NCBI GenBank assembly: GCA_964495425.1
Contig: CAZBVG010000004.1
Coordinates: 63,633 to 127,632 of the forward strand
Length of the DNA stretch: 64,000 nt
Origin: an uncultured Candidatus Saccharibacteria bacterium
GTDB taxonomy: Bacteria > Patescibacteriota > Minisyncoccia > Phycocordibacterales > UBA6065
Direction: 5' to 3'
The notes beneath the pieces are model-generated. The model was not told the DNA's origin. It did not search any database and saw nothing but the letters and a program-made list of their open reading frames with translations. Below, in pieces: positions 36,743 to 47,012 of the stretch. The stretch's first letter is position 1. Each line of letters begins with the position of its first letter. The translations under genes and the position numbers were made by a program.

Positions 36743-38272
36743 TTACCTTGCGAAATCAGTCACTCTTGATTCACGAATAAGTGTAACTTTGATTTCTCCT
36801 GGGTACTTGAGATCACGTTCAATTTTTTCTGCTACAGTTCTCGCCATATTTTTCGCTTCGATGTCAGAAATTTCTTCAGGCTTCACGAAAATACGAATTT
36901 CTCGACCGGCTTGAAGGGCATATGCCTTCTCAACACCAGGGAGCGAAGTAGCAATTCCTTCTAGATCCTGAAGGCGCTTGAGGTAATTTTCTACACTATC
37001 GTGTCGTGCTCCTGGTCGAGCGCCAGAAATTGCATCGGCTACCTGCACGATAATTGATTCAACGGTTTCGTATGGATATTCCTCGTGATGAGCCTGCATA
37101 GCTTTTATGATTGCTTCATCAGTGCCAAACTTTTGCAAGATTCGTCTGCCGATCTCTACATGGGTACCCTGAACCTCGTGGTCGAGGGCTTTCCCTATGT
37201 CATGAACGAGGGCGCCGGCCTTGGCTACCTGTACGTTTGCGCCTAGTTCCTCTGCGATCATACCGGCAATATGCGCCATTTCTACAGAGTGCTGCAACAC
37301 ATTTTGCCCATATGAGGTTCTGAAATAGAGGCGACCCAGGATGGCAACAACTCGAGGGTCGAGATTCATGACACCCGTTTCAAATGTTGCTTGTTCACCT
37401 TTCTCCTTAATTATCTTATGTATGTCTTCTTTTGCTTTCTCTACTAGTTTTTCAATTTTCGCAGGCTGAATACGTCCGTCTGCAATGAGTGCCTCAAGTG
37501 CGAGTCGAGCTACCTGGCGACGTATTGGATCGAATGATGAAAGGGTAATGGTGCCGGGGGTATCGTCAACAATAACTTCAACACCGGTTACACGCTCAAA
37601 GCTTTTAATGTTTCTTCCTTCTTTTCCAATAATCTTTCCTTTGATCTCTTCAGAAGGGATGGTTACGGTGGTAGAGAAGATGTCTGCGGTTACTGCATTA
37701 CCAAGTCGATGAATAGCCGTCGCAAGTATTTCCTTTGCGCGAGATTCAATTTTTTCCTGATTTGAAATTTCGAGTTTTTGCATACGCACCACCAAGTCTT
37801 CTCCGTATTTTTTCTCAACATCTTTAATGAGTTCTTCTTTAGCCTCTGCGGTTGTGAGCTTAGAAGTTTTTTCGAGCACCGCTTCACGATCAGCTAAAAG
37901 TTTATCTGCCCTTTCTTTAATGGCACGAATTTCTGAGGCTTTATTTTTAAGGCTTTCAACTTCAGAGTCGAGATCAGCCTGACGCTTTTCTAGCGAGTCC
38001 TCCTTTTTAATGAGACGCTCTTCGGTTGCCTTTAGTTTTTCTTCTTTTTCTTTTGCAGCCTCTCGCGACTCTCTCAATGTTTCCGCAGCTTTATGTTCAG
38101 CTTCAAGAATAATTTTTTTCCCTTTCTCCTGCGCGGCAGTTTCCATTTTATCGATCTGAAGCTCCATTGAGTTTCGTTTCGATCGCGCGATCAAGAGTCG
38201 CAAGTAATAACCCAAAGCGATCCCAACAAGCCCTGCGATGCTTGCGAGAAGTATTGCGATTTTAAGTGACAT
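36743..38272 (-). CDS. rny: Ribonuclease Y
   Basis: N-terminal TM, coiled coil, KH (KGKIIGKEGRNI), HD (HDIGK), YPGEIKV. Confidence 0.98.
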   Translation of the reverse strand: MSLKIAILLASIAGLVGIALGYYLRLLIARSKRNSMELQIDKMETAAQEKGKKIILEAEHKAAETLRESREAAKEKEEKLKATEERLIKKEDSLEKRQADLDSEVESLKNKASEIRAIKERADKLLADREAVLEKTSKLTTAEAKEELIKDVEKKYGEDLVVRMQKLEISNQEKIESRAKEILATAIHRLGNAVTADIFSTTVTIPSEEIKGKIIGKEGRNIKSFERVTGVEVIVDDTPGTITLSSFDPIRRQVARLALEALIADGRIQPAKIEKLVEKAKEDIHKIIKEKGEQATFETGVMNLDPRVVAILGRLYFRTSYGQNVLQHSVEMAHIAGMIAEELGANVQVAKAGALVHDIGKALDHEVQGTHVEIGRRILQKFGTDEAIIKAMQAHHEEYPYETVESIIVQVADAISGARPGARHDSVENYLKRLQDLEGIATSLPGVEKAYALQAGREIRIFVKPEEISDIEAKNMARTVAEKIERDLKYPGEIKVTLIRESRVTDFAR

Positions 38273-38480
38273 GACAATGACGGCGGTTTCTCAACTGTCT
38301 GTGTGAAATTGTAGAGGTGTCGGACGTGGTGGGAAAAAGAAATTAGTTTCAAAAGAGGGCAGAGGACCAGCCGGTAATTTAAAAGTAGTAACGCCCTCAT
38401 ACTACATATCTTTGCTATAGATGGCAAATGTAAGCAAAAGAAAAACCACCGAAATCAATCGGCGGTTTTTCTTGATTACT

Positions 38481-39059
38481 TTAGCTTAAAACTTTGTCTA
38501 TGATACCGTACTTTTTTGACTCTTCAGCATCAAGGAAGAAATCTCGATCAACATCCTTTTCAATTTGTGCGAGTGGCTTGCCGGTGTTGTCTGCAAGAAT
38601 TTTGTTGAGGCGTTCACGAGTTTTCAAAATATGTTTTGCGGTGATTGCGATATCAGCTGCCTGACCCTCAACTCCACCGAGCGGTTGATGGATCATTACT
38701 TCCGCGTTTGGAAGCGCGAATCGTTTTCCTTTTTTACCCGCCGACAAAATAACTGCACCCATTGATGCTGCGATACCAACACATACAGTCGAGACATCAT
38801 TTTTGATGTGATTCATGGTGTCGATAATTGCGAGACCTGCGGTCACTGAACCACCCGGAGAGTTTACGTACAAAGAAATATCTTTCTTTGAATCTTCTGA
38901 TTGTAAAAATAAAAGCTGGGCGATCACCGTGTTTGCAACATGATCATCAATCGGACCCGAAAGAAAAATAATATTTTCTTTGAGAAGTCGTGAATAAATA
39001 TCATAGGCGCGTTCACCGAGATTTGTTTTTTCTATAACTGTTGGAATAAGTATCGACAT
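38481..39059 (-). CDS. clpP: ClpP protease subunit
   Basis: [29 protein letters not shown]. Confidence 0.98.
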   Translation of the reverse strand: MSILIPTVIEKTNLGERAYDIYSRLLKENIIFLSGPIDDHVANTVIAQLLFLQSEDSKKDISLYVNSPGGSVTAGLAIIDTMNHIKNDVSTVCVGIAASMGAVILSAGKKGKRFALPNAEVMIHQPLGGVEGQAADIAITAKHILKTRERLNKILADNTGKPLAQIEKDVDRDFFLDAEESKKYGIIDKVLS

Positions 39060-39168
39060 ATGTTTTTGAAATTAGGGATAGCGACACAATATCAAAATGG
39101 AGGGGAAGTGCAAATGGTTAACGTATGAGTGGTTTGAAGTAGTATGTGGGCAGATTCAAAATCAGCAT

Positions 39169-39432
39169 ATGAACCTTCTAATCAAGTTCTTCGCGTCTGT
39201 GTTTATGACAGTGTGCGCTCTCACTCCTTTGTGGATTTTTCTGCTCGCTCGCTCGATGCTTAACCCACAAGGATTTTGGCAGAATCTTGCGTTATCTGGA
39301 CTGAGTTTCTATATTCTTTGTGGCGCACAATTGCTGGCACTTGGATTGTTGGGAGTGTTCCTCATTATTATTTGGAGTATCGCGCCGACATGTTCTCAGT
39401 TTGGCAACAAACACCTTGAGAGCCGTAGATAA
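39169..39432 (+). CDS. Small two-TM hypothetical protein
   Basis: Start moved to MNLLIKFF; two hydrophobic segments; hairpin-T terminator at the stop. Confidence 0.6.
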   Translation: MNLLIKFFASVFMTVCALTPLWIFLLARSMLNPQGFWQNLALSGLSFYILCGAQLLALGLLGVFLIIIWSIAPTCSQFGNKHLESRR

Positions 39433-39476
39433 CCTACGGCTTTTTTATTTTTCTTCTTTGAGGTAGAGTGTTTCGC

Positions 39477-40175
39477 ATGAGGTTACACCGATTTTATATC
39501 TTACAAACTATAGATAAAGAAAAGATAAATTCCTTCTCGAACAAGGATCAAATCCATCAATTACGCCGTGTTTTCCGGTTACACGCAGGGGATACCTGTA
39601 TTTTCTTCGATGGGAGCGGAGAGGATCATGTCTGTGAGATTGTTTCAATGACGGATGTAAAACTCGAGTTCAAGGTTCTTGAAACATATTCCGTGAAACC
39701 GATATCCACCAAATTGTCTTTGGCAGTTTCATTAATAAAGAAAGATAATTTTGAGTGGGTCATTCAAAAAGGCACTGAGCTTGGAGTCTCAGAATTCATA
39801 CCTCTTATTTCAGAACGAAGTGAGAAAAAGGGATTCAATATGGAACGAGCGCGCAAAATTATGATTGAGGCAGTTGAGCAATCGGGACGCGCTGATGTTC
39901 CAACAATTTTTGAACCTGTTGATCTCGACGTGTTTCTTGAAACTGAAAAAAGAGGCTTGGTTGTATTTAACACAACTGGGATAAATTTTTTCTCAAAAAA
40001 ATCTAAAGAAAAAATAAATTTGGTAGTATGCATTGGACCTGAAGGTGGTTGGTCAGAAAAAGAAATTGAAAAGTTTAAAAATAAAGGCGCAGAAATTGTA
40101 AAACTTGATACACCAATTTTGCGCACGGAAACAGCAGCGGTTGCGATCGCTACACTTTTTCTGGCACAAAAATAA
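39477..40175 (+). CDS. rsmE: 16S rRNA m3U1498 methyltransferase
   Basis: KGTELGV, EAVEQSGR, IGPEGGW, ILRTETA. Confidence 0.96.
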   Translation: MRLHRFYILQTIDKEKINSFSNKDQIHQLRRVFRLHAGDTCIFFDGSGEDHVCEIVSMTDVKLEFKVLETYSVKPISTKLSLAVSLIKKDNFEWVIQKGTELGVSEFIPLISERSEKKGFNMERARKIMIEAVEQSGRADVPTIFEPVDLDVFLETEKRGLVVFNTTGINFFSKKSKEKINLVVCIGPEGGWSEKEIEKFKNKGAEIVKLDTPILRTETAAVAIATLFLAQK

Positions 40176-40208
40176 GTAACAAAAACCGCGCGTGATGCGC
40201 GGTTTTTT

Positions 40209-41252
40209 TTATTTCTGATTTTCCAAGAATTCGAACACCGCCTGATTCAAAAGTATCTGTTCAAAATACGCTCGTGCACTTTCTGGGTCAACATCCTTGT
40301 GATGTTCCTTTGCGTGTGCAACTTCAGCATCAAGTCGTTCTTTGTTTGCGGTAAGTTTTTCTTTCTTTGCAATGTGATCGATTGCGAGATCTAGTTTCAC
40401 TCGCTTCATTGCATCCGATTTCCATTCCTTTTTGAGATCATCTGCAGTCTTCTTGAGGTGTTTCAAATATTCATCAAACTTGAGGCCCATGCGTTCAATG
40501 TCGTGTGTCATCTGTGAAAGCATGCGGCGCAATTCAGCTTCAATGAGAACTTCAGGAATTACAACCTCAAGATCTTTTGTTAATGCATCAACCAATTCGA
40601 GACGCTTCTTTTCCTGTGCCTTGTGTTCCTTTTCGCTTACAAGATTTTTTCGAAGATTTTCTTTAAAATCCGCAACATCTTTAAACTCACCCCATGTTTT
40701 CACAAGGTCGTCCGTGAGTTCGATTGGTTTTGCTTCTTGACCTTCAACTTTCTTTGCGCCGATTCGAGCGTAATTATTTTTAATATCTTCGATCGCCTTG
40801 TCTACTTCCGCATCCGTTACTTCAACCTTCTCAACTTTTTTTGAATTTTCTTTTTCAGCAATTTTCTTATATTCGAACTTTCCAATTTCTGGAACGACCG
40901 CGGTGAGGATAGTAAATTCAAGTGGGTTACCTTCAGCAATTTTGGTGATTGAAACTCGTGGGTGACCGATCGCGTCAATTTTCTCTGCTTCAAGGATGTG
41001 TCCGTATGCATGTGAAATTGCATGCTCAGCTGCTTCGCTCAGAAGTGCCGCGTCACCAATTTTTTCTCGAACTAGTTTTTCTGGAGCCGCACCCTTTCGA
41101 AAACCAGGAAGCGATACATCCTTTTTGATTTCTTTGAGTGTTTCTTGAACTGCCTGAGTAAACTCCTTTGCATCGATGGAGCTTTTGATCTCTACTTCGC
41201 CCGTTTCCGGGAGCTTCTTTATAACTGCTTTATATGAATGATGTGATGACAT
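40209..41252 (-). CDS. tig: Trigger factor lacking the PPIase domain
   Basis: PGFRKGAAP signature; C-domain present; adjacent to the clpP region; start set to MSSHH. Confidence 0.92.
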   Translation of the reverse strand: MSSHHSYKAVIKKLPETGEVEIKSSIDAKEFTQAVQETLKEIKKDVSLPGFRKGAAPEKLVREKIGDAALLSEAAEHAISHAYGHILEAEKIDAIGHPRVSITKIAEGNPLEFTILTAVVPEIGKFEYKKIAEKENSKKVEKVEVTDAEVDKAIEDIKNNYARIGAKKVEGQEAKPIELTDDLVKTWGEFKDVADFKENLRKNLVSEKEHKAQEKKRLELVDALTKDLEVVIPEVLIEAELRRMLSQMTHDIERMGLKFDEYLKHLKKTADDLKKEWKSDAMKRVKLDLAIDHIAKKEKLTANKERLDAEVAHAKEHHKDVDPESARAYFEQILLNQAVFEFLENQK

Positions 41253-41361
41253 ATATATGTATAGTTGTGAGAGGAAGTCTATCCGCAAAGACCATTTTTG
41301 TCCATAAACTAGCTTTTAGGTTTTTGGGTAAGCAAAAGCCCCGTTACCGGGGCTTTGTGCG

Positions 41362-41658
41362 TTACATATTTTCGAGACCAGTGAGATCAACATCGGTTGA
41401 TCCGCTATTTTGGAGTTCAGCCTCGAGAGCGTTGACCTCGTCTGAAGTGCTAGCTTGTGGAGCTGCTTCGTTAGTTGTAACCATGGTCTCATTCTGAGCC
41501 GGAGCAACAGCTGAGGCGTCATTTCGGTTAGAAATTTTTTCTCCCCAGAAGTACAACACAGCTATAACGATAAGAACGATGACAACTACGATGCTAATGA
41601 CAGGAGCGATGCTTCTTTTTGGTGCTGCACCTGGCATTTGTGGCTGAATTGGATCCAT
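41362..41658 (-). CDS. Single-TM acidic hypothetical protein
   Basis: TM then S.SDEV.ALEAEL tail. Confidence 0.7.
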   Translation of the reverse strand: MDPIQPQMPGAAPKRSIAPVISIVVVIVLIVIAVLYFWGEKISNRNDASAVAPAQNETMVTTNEAAPQASTSDEVNALEAELQNSGSTDVDLTGLENM

Positions 41659-41676
41659 ATACTATTTATTTACTTA

Positions 41677-42414
41677 TTAATTTCGAGTCGTTGAAGCGGT
41701 GGTGGTTGCTGGTCGGTCGCGCTTTTCTTTATCTCGCATGAGCGTTCCCTGTAAACCCTTCATGTCCGCGATAACTTGCATAAGAGACTTATGTGCATCC
41801 TGAATAGCAGTCTGAGCTGTTTTTACGGCCGTCTTGAGCGCTGCCGCGGTAGTTGTTGGGGTGGAAGTTGAAATTGGGGTCGAGAGAACTGCCTGAACTG
41901 AAGTGCTTGCTATTGCTAGTTTTGACACAGCAATTGAAAGATCTGCTCGAGCGCTGGTTGTAGTAGCCCCAGCTTGTTCGAACTTGGTTAGGCGAGACTC
42001 GATACGTGCTTTTATTGAATTAAGTTCCTCGAGTGCGTGTGAAAGTCGCTTTCCTGCATTTTTCACAATGAGATCGAGACGATCTGACGCCTTTTCTCGG
42101 ACCTCAGCACGCAATTCCTTTATATCTTCGCGTTTCTCGCTCATTTTTTCTTTAACTTCTTCTCTTTTATCCTTCACTTCCTCTCTTTTATCCTGAAGTT
42201 CCTGCTTCTTAGCTTCGATCTGTGCCTTAAGCACGTCTCGCTTTTCAAGGATTGGTCTTGAAGTGCTTGCTTCGCCGCGAACCTTAGCATTTACCTTTAC
42301 TGGCGTAGTTGAGCCATTAACAGTAAGTTCAAGAGTTGCTTCTTCTGCAGCTGCGGTAAGTGCCCACGAAAAGGCGAGTGCGGAAGCGGCAATGATGAGT
42401 AATGATTTTTTCAT
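41677..42414 (-). CDS. Secreted coiled-coil protein
   Basis: Signal peptide; DKREEVK repeats; long helices. Confidence 0.75.
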   Translation of the reverse strand: MKKSLLIIAASALAFSWALTAAAEEATLELTVNGSTTPVKVNAKVRGEASTSRPILEKRDVLKAQIEAKKQELQDKREEVKDKREEVKEKMSEKREDIKELRAEVREKASDRLDLIVKNAGKRLSHALEELNSIKARIESRLTKFEQAGATTTSARADLSIAVSKLAIASTSVQAVLSTPISTSTPTTTAAALKTAVKTAQTAIQDAHKSLMQVIADMKGLQGTLMRDKEKRDRPATTTASTTRN

Positions 42415-42535
42415 AGTATATTCTTTGTTATAGCCGTACTAGGGGATTCCCAAAGGAATCTTTAGTGCGGATCTCCCTATTATACAACAAAAAACGAAGT
42501 CTAGTGGACTTCGTTTTTTGCTTAGGATAGTGAGA

Positions 42536-43072
42536 TTATTTCTTAGCTTTTTTTGCTTTTGCCTTCTTGTAGAGCTCGGTTGAGCGTTTGAATGCTTCTT
42601 CTGCCTCTTTTTTACCCTTAAATCCATGAACCGCTACTTCTTTGTTCTGGAGTTTCTTGTAGGTTGCATAGAAATGCTCAATTTCCTTAAGAGTATGCTT
42701 GTTTATATCCTTAAGATCGTGCATTTCAGCAAATCGAGGATCGTCAACAGGAACCGCAATGACTTTTGCATCAGAATCTCCTGAATCGGTCATATCCATG
42801 ATGGCAATAGGACGAACTCGAACGAGAATTCCCGGAAGGAGAGCGTGGGTGGTAATAACAAGTACGTCGAGCGCATCTCCGTCATCCCAGAGTGTTTGTG
42901 GCACAAAACCGTAGTCGAACGGGAAGTCTTGAGCGGTATGCGCGACTCGATCAAGGGCAATAATGCCTGTTTCTTTGTCGATCTCGTACTTATTCTTAGA
43001 GCCCTTGTTGATTTCGATAACAACATTCATCTTATCAACTGAACCTGCTGGCAAATCGTGGAGTAAATTCAT
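42536..43072 (-). CDS. ppa: Inorganic pyrophosphatase (family I)
   Basis: KYEIDK, YGFVPQT..DDGDALD. Confidence 0.97.
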   Translation of the reverse strand: MNLLHDLPAGSVDKMNVVIEINKGSKNKYEIDKETGIIALDRVAHTAQDFPFDYGFVPQTLWDDGDALDVLVITTHALLPGILVRVRPIAIMDMTDSGDSDAKVIAVPVDDPRFAEMHDLKDINKHTLKEIEHFYATYKKLQNKEVAVHGFKGKKEAEEAFKRSTELYKKAKAKKAKK

Positions 43073-43110
43073 GTAATTTCTAAAAAGCGTTATTATAAGC
43101 CGTATAATTG

Positions 43111-44262
43111 TTATTCTGCGCTTGCTTCTGAAGCTTCTACGACAGCATCCTTTGCACCACCTACTGGTCTGATATCAATTTTCCAGCCTGTAAGTTTTGC
43201 TGCTAATCGAACGTTTTGTCCGCCTTTACCAATTGCAAGTGACTGCTGGTCCTCCTTCACTTCAACGGTCGCGGTTTTGGTTGCCTCATCAAGCACAATA
43301 GAGGAAGCCTTAGCTGGTGAAAGAGAGTCTTCGATAAACTTCTTTGGATCAGCTGACCATTCAATAATATCGATTTTTTCACCACCGAGTTCTGAAGTTA
43401 CTGTGGTAACACGTACACCTCGCTGACCTACAAGAGAGCCGATAGGATCAATGTGTGAGTCGTGTGAGATAACAGCAATCTTTGATCGTGAACCAGCTTC
43501 TCGTGCAACCGCTTTTACTTCAACCGTCTTGTTTGCGATCTCAGGAGCCTCGATTTCAAAGAGTTTTTCAAGGAATTTAGGATGTGATCGAGAAAGTTTG
43601 AGGAAAACGCCTCGAGGAGACTCTTCTACACGGAAAAGATATGCGCGAAGGCGCTCACCTTGCTTGAAATGCTCGCTTCGGATCTGCTCTTCAAAAGGCA
43701 AAACACCTGTAGCACGGCCCATATCAACGAAAATGGTGCCTCGTTCTACTCTCTGAACAGTACCAGAGACAATATCACCCTCTCGTTTACCATATTCACC
43801 CAATACTGAGACCTTTTCAGCCTCTCGGATCTTCTGAATGATCACCTGTTTAGCTGTTTGAGCAGCAATTCGGCCAAAATCATCCTTTGGCTCGAGCGGG
43901 AAGAGCATTTCCTCGTCCAATTCCACGTTTTTCTTGATGAGGCGTGCTTCGTCAATCCAGATATGGTGTTCCGGGTTGTAGCGCACTCGTTCATCGTCCT
44001 CTGCAAGCTCAGGAAGCTCTTCTCCCTCAGGAATATTGATGACTTTTGTGTCATCTACAGCAATTTTGACCTGGAAAAACTCGGTTGCTCCGGTATTTAC
44101 GTCAAAAGTGGCTCGAACGATCTGTCCGCGCTTGCCGTACTCCTTTTTATAAGCGGTCGCCAAAGCCATTTCTATGGCTTCAATTATCTTTTCTTTGGGA
44201 ATTCCGCGTTCTTCCTCGAGCTGTCCGAGTACAGAATGGATTACTTTAAGATCAAACAACAT
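43111..44262 (-). CDS. nusA: Transcription factor NusA
   Basis: FGRIAAQTAKQVI, S1 domain, REAGSRSKIAV, AIGKGGQNVRLA. Confidence 0.98.
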   Translation of the reverse strand: MLFDLKVIHSVLGQLEEERGIPKEKIIEAIEMALATAYKKEYGKRGQIVRATFDVNTGATEFFQVKIAVDDTKVINIPEGEELPELAEDDERVRYNPEHHIWIDEARLIKKNVELDEEMLFPLEPKDDFGRIAAQTAKQVIIQKIREAEKVSVLGEYGKREGDIVSGTVQRVERGTIFVDMGRATGVLPFEEQIRSEHFKQGERLRAYLFRVEESPRGVFLKLSRSHPKFLEKLFEIEAPEIANKTVEVKAVAREAGSRSKIAVISHDSHIDPIGSLVGQRGVRVTTVTSELGGEKIDIIEWSADPKKFIEDSLSPAKASSIVLDEATKTATVEVKEDQQSLAIGKGGQNVRLAAKLTGWKIDIRPVGGAKDAVVEASEASAE

Positions 44263-44294
44263 ATTGGGTATTGTGTGCTAAATTTCAGGCTATT

Positions 44295-44365
44295 AAACAA
44301 GAAAGTCCGCCCAGAGGGCGAACTTACATACAGAGAAGTATATCTTTTGAATGAATTTTTGTCAA
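44295..44365 (-). promoter_or_regulatory. nusA promoter and leader terminator-like hairpin
   Basis: TTGACA(44365-44360)-17nt-TATACT(44342-44337); AAGTTCGCCC-tct-GGGCGGACTT-TCTTGTTT. Confidence 0.7.
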
Positions 44366-44436
44366 ATAGATGCTTATACACAGGTTATGTACACAATTTC
44401 GACTTTGAGTTGTCTATATCCTTGCTATGATAGAGA

Positions 44437-45678
44437 GTGATGAAATCTCTTTTTTCTAAAATAGTTTTTGCTCTTCTTTTTTCTTTGTTCCCACTTTTTG
44501 CCTCTGCAGATATCGGAAACATTACTGGTTGGGCATGGTCAGATACAATTGGCTGGATTAGTTTTACCTGCGTAAATACCGGTACGTGTGCAAGTTCGTC
44601 AGGAGTTGACTATGGTGTGACTCAAAATGCGAGCGGGGATCTAACTGGATATGCTTGGTCAGAAAATATTGGTTGGATACAGTTTGGAGGACTTTCTGGT
44701 TTTCCTGCTGGAGCAGGGACGACTGCTGCAAATGCGCGTCTTACGGGCGGTACTGTTACGGGTTGGGCGCGAGCTTGCTCAGGAACTCAAGGTGGAAATT
44801 GTTCGAGTATGACGAGTCGAACTGACGGTTGGGATGGATGGATTGCTCTTTCTGGTGCAACCTATGGAGTAACAAAATCTGGTGACAATTTCCTCGGATA
44901 TGGCTGGGGAAGTGATGTTATAGGCTGGACTCTCTTTGATATTCAAAATAAATTCCCAGCTATATGTTCAAATTGTGGACCGCAGACCGGCGGAAGCAGC
45001 GCTGATCTTGATGTGCGAAGCGGTGGTGCGGGCGGCCCAACAATTGTAGGTAATGGTGCTGTGCCATTTGGAACCATTCCTACTTTCGTATGGACAATCA
45101 ACTCAACAACGATGTCTTGTGACGTTACAAAACTCGCTGGAGGCACAGCATTTACTGCAATAACGGGCAGGACGACCTCAGGTTCTCAATCTGGAAATGC
45201 ACTCACATCACCAGGACTTCACACGTATCATCTTGAGTGTACTAACCCTGCGTTTACAAAAGACGTAAGCTTCACAGTTGCTCCGATGGCGGTTGGATTC
45301 TCACTCGGTGGAACCGAAACCGCCCGAATACAATTCCTCGGTCCAGGCGCAGCGAATTCAGAAATTAAGACTATATATGTATCACCCGGTGGAGGATTTA
45401 CTGAGCCGGTAAGCATTTCTATTACTGGTTACCCAACACCTCCAGCTGGCACGACATTCACCTATTCATTAGGAGGCGGTGCGTTCGTTGCAAATCCAGC
45501 TCCGGTCGTTATTTCAAGTCCATATGGAAGCGGGCAGACATTCCAGGTGAGAGTTTCAAAACCTATTACTACACCATATACAATTACACTCACGGGTCAG
45601 TCAGCATCAGCCGGACCGGTAACAAAGGACATTATTCTTGATCCTCGTGGATTCGATCCGTCATTTAATGAAATTTAA
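44437..45678 (+). CDS. Secreted GWAWS-repeat surface protein with Ig-like C-terminus
   Basis: Repeats ITGWAWSDTIGWISF, LTGYAWSENIGWIQF, VTGWAR..WDGWIAL, GYGWGSDVIGW. Confidence 0.8.
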   Translation: MMKSLFSKIVFALLFSLFPLFASADIGNITGWAWSDTIGWISFTCVNTGTCASSSGVDYGVTQNASGDLTGYAWSENIGWIQFGGLSGFPAGAGTTAANARLTGGTVTGWARACSGTQGGNCSSMTSRTDGWDGWIALSGATYGVTKSGDNFLGYGWGSDVIGWTLFDIQNKFPAICSNCGPQTGGSSADLDVRSGGAGGPTIVGNGAVPFGTIPTFVWTINSTTMSCDVTKLAGGTAFTAITGRTTSGSQSGNALTSPGLHTYHLECTNPAFTKDVSFTVAPMAVGFSLGGTETARIQFLGPGAANSEIKTIYVSPGGGFTEPVSISITGYPTPPAGTTFTYSLGGGAFVANPAPVVISSPYGSGQTFQVRVSKPITTPYTITLTGQSASAGPVTKDIILDPRGFDPSFNEI

Positions 45679-45679
45679 T

Positions 45680-45949
45680 ATGAAAAAAGTTTTACTCATA
45701 CTACTCGTGTTGCTTGTTGTCGGAGGAGCTGTGTATTGGTGGATGCAGACACAGAAAAAGCCGACCGGGCCAACTTCAGAAGAGACCGCTCGAGCACTCG
45801 ATCGACTCTCCGGTAAGACGTATGAAGAACAGCCGCTCACACCAGCACAGAAACAGGCAATCGACGGACTATCAGCACAGCAAGAACAAAAGAGTGCAGC
45901 AGAGATAAAGGCAGAGGAAGACGCATTAAAATTATTACAAGGAAAATAA
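45680..45949 (+). CDS. Small single-TM protein
   Basis: MKKVLLILL TM start 1 nt after the upstream stop. Confidence 0.7.
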   Translation: MKKVLLILLVLLVVGGAVYWWMQTQKKPTGPTSEETARALDRLSGKTYEEQPLTPAQKQAIDGLSAQQEQKSAAEIKAEEDALKLLQGK

Positions 45950-45968
45950 GCACATAACATTACGAACC

Positions 45969-46559
45969 ATGACCCGAATTACAACGATTACCACAGCAGT
46001 CATAAGCGCAATACTACTCGCGCTCTTGCCAGTTGGTGCAAGTGCGTGGACAGGTCCAACGGCAGCGCCGCCAAGTAATAACGTGGCAGCGCCTCTTAAC
46101 GTTTCTGGTAGCGCACAGGCAAAGGGCGCAGGACTTCTTCTTGCGACAAGTGCAACAACCTACGGTCTTTTGGTTCAGAACGGTAATGTGGGTATCGGAC
46201 TTCTTAACCCAGGCTACAAACTTGAAATCGCAGGCAGTGTAGGAGCAAGTGCTTTCTTCTATACATCTGACAAGTCGCTTAAGACTAATATTTCTCCTCT
46301 TTCAGGATCACTTGCAAAGGTTCTTAATCTTCAGGGAGTCTCATTTAATTGGAAGGAGGGCGGTGAAAAGAGCGTAGGTCTTGTTGCTCAGGATGTGGAG
46401 AAGGTGTATCCAGAACTTGTTCATACGAACCCACAGAGCGGTCTTAAATCAGTTGAATACGGAAATCTCGTCGCCCCTCTTATTGAAGCAATCAAAGAAC
46501 AGCAGAAGCAGATTGATGACTTAAAAGCAGAGGTTAAGGCGTTAAAGGGAAATAATTAA
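45969..46559 (+). CDS. Secreted protein with peptidase S74 (intramolecular chaperone) domain
   Basis: Signal peptide, WTGPTAAPP, GNVGIG..P..KLEI.G, SDKSLKTNI...GLVAQDVE..PELV...LIEAIKEQ coil. Confidence 0.85.
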   Translation: MTRITTITTAVISAILLALLPVGASAWTGPTAAPPSNNVAAPLNVSGSAQAKGAGLLLATSATTYGLLVQNGNVGIGLLNPGYKLEIAGSVGASAFFYTSDKSLKTNISPLSGSLAKVLNLQGVSFNWKEGGEKSVGLVAQDVEKVYPELVHTNPQSGLKSVEYGNLVAPLIEAIKEQQKQIDDLKAEVKALKGNN

Positions 46560-46564
46560 AACGT

Positions 46565-47002
46565 ATGGAAACAAATAACAATAACAATAAGAATGTATTG
46601 GTGATTGGATTGGTTATCGTGGTAGTGGCAGTAGTGGCATTTCTTTATTATCGTGACAAGGGAACAACCCAAAACACGTCAACAGGAACGACTCCTGAAC
46701 TTACTCAGGATCAAAGAAAAGCTCTAGTAACAGCGATTGTTAAAGAAGCAAAAGAGACAAATGTGATTGATATTAGTGCATGTAAACCATTCCCTGAAAC
46801 AGCTCAATTCAAACAGACAGCAGCTGTAACATTCAAAAATCAAGATTCGATGTCACATGAAATTGTATTCACACCTCAACACAAGTTCACAGTACCAGGA
46901 AAAGGTGAATATAAGATCGTCTTCGATTTCTTCCAGTATCCTGGCGTTAGGCATTATACGTGTGATTCAAAATCAGTAGGAACCGTTCTCATTATTAAAT
47001 AA
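46565..47002 (+). CDS. Membrane-anchored cupredoxin-like beta domain
   Basis: TM; VTFKNQD..SHEI; HYTCD...GTVLI. Confidence 0.6.
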   Translation: METNNNNNKNVLVIGLVIVVVAVVAFLYYRDKGTTQNTSTGTTPELTQDQRKALVTAIVKEAKETNVIDISACKPFPETAQFKQTAAVTFKNQDSMSHEIVFTPQHKFTVPGKGEYKIVFDFFQYPGVRHYTCDSKSVGTVLIIK

Positions 47003-47012
47003 ACACATTCAC

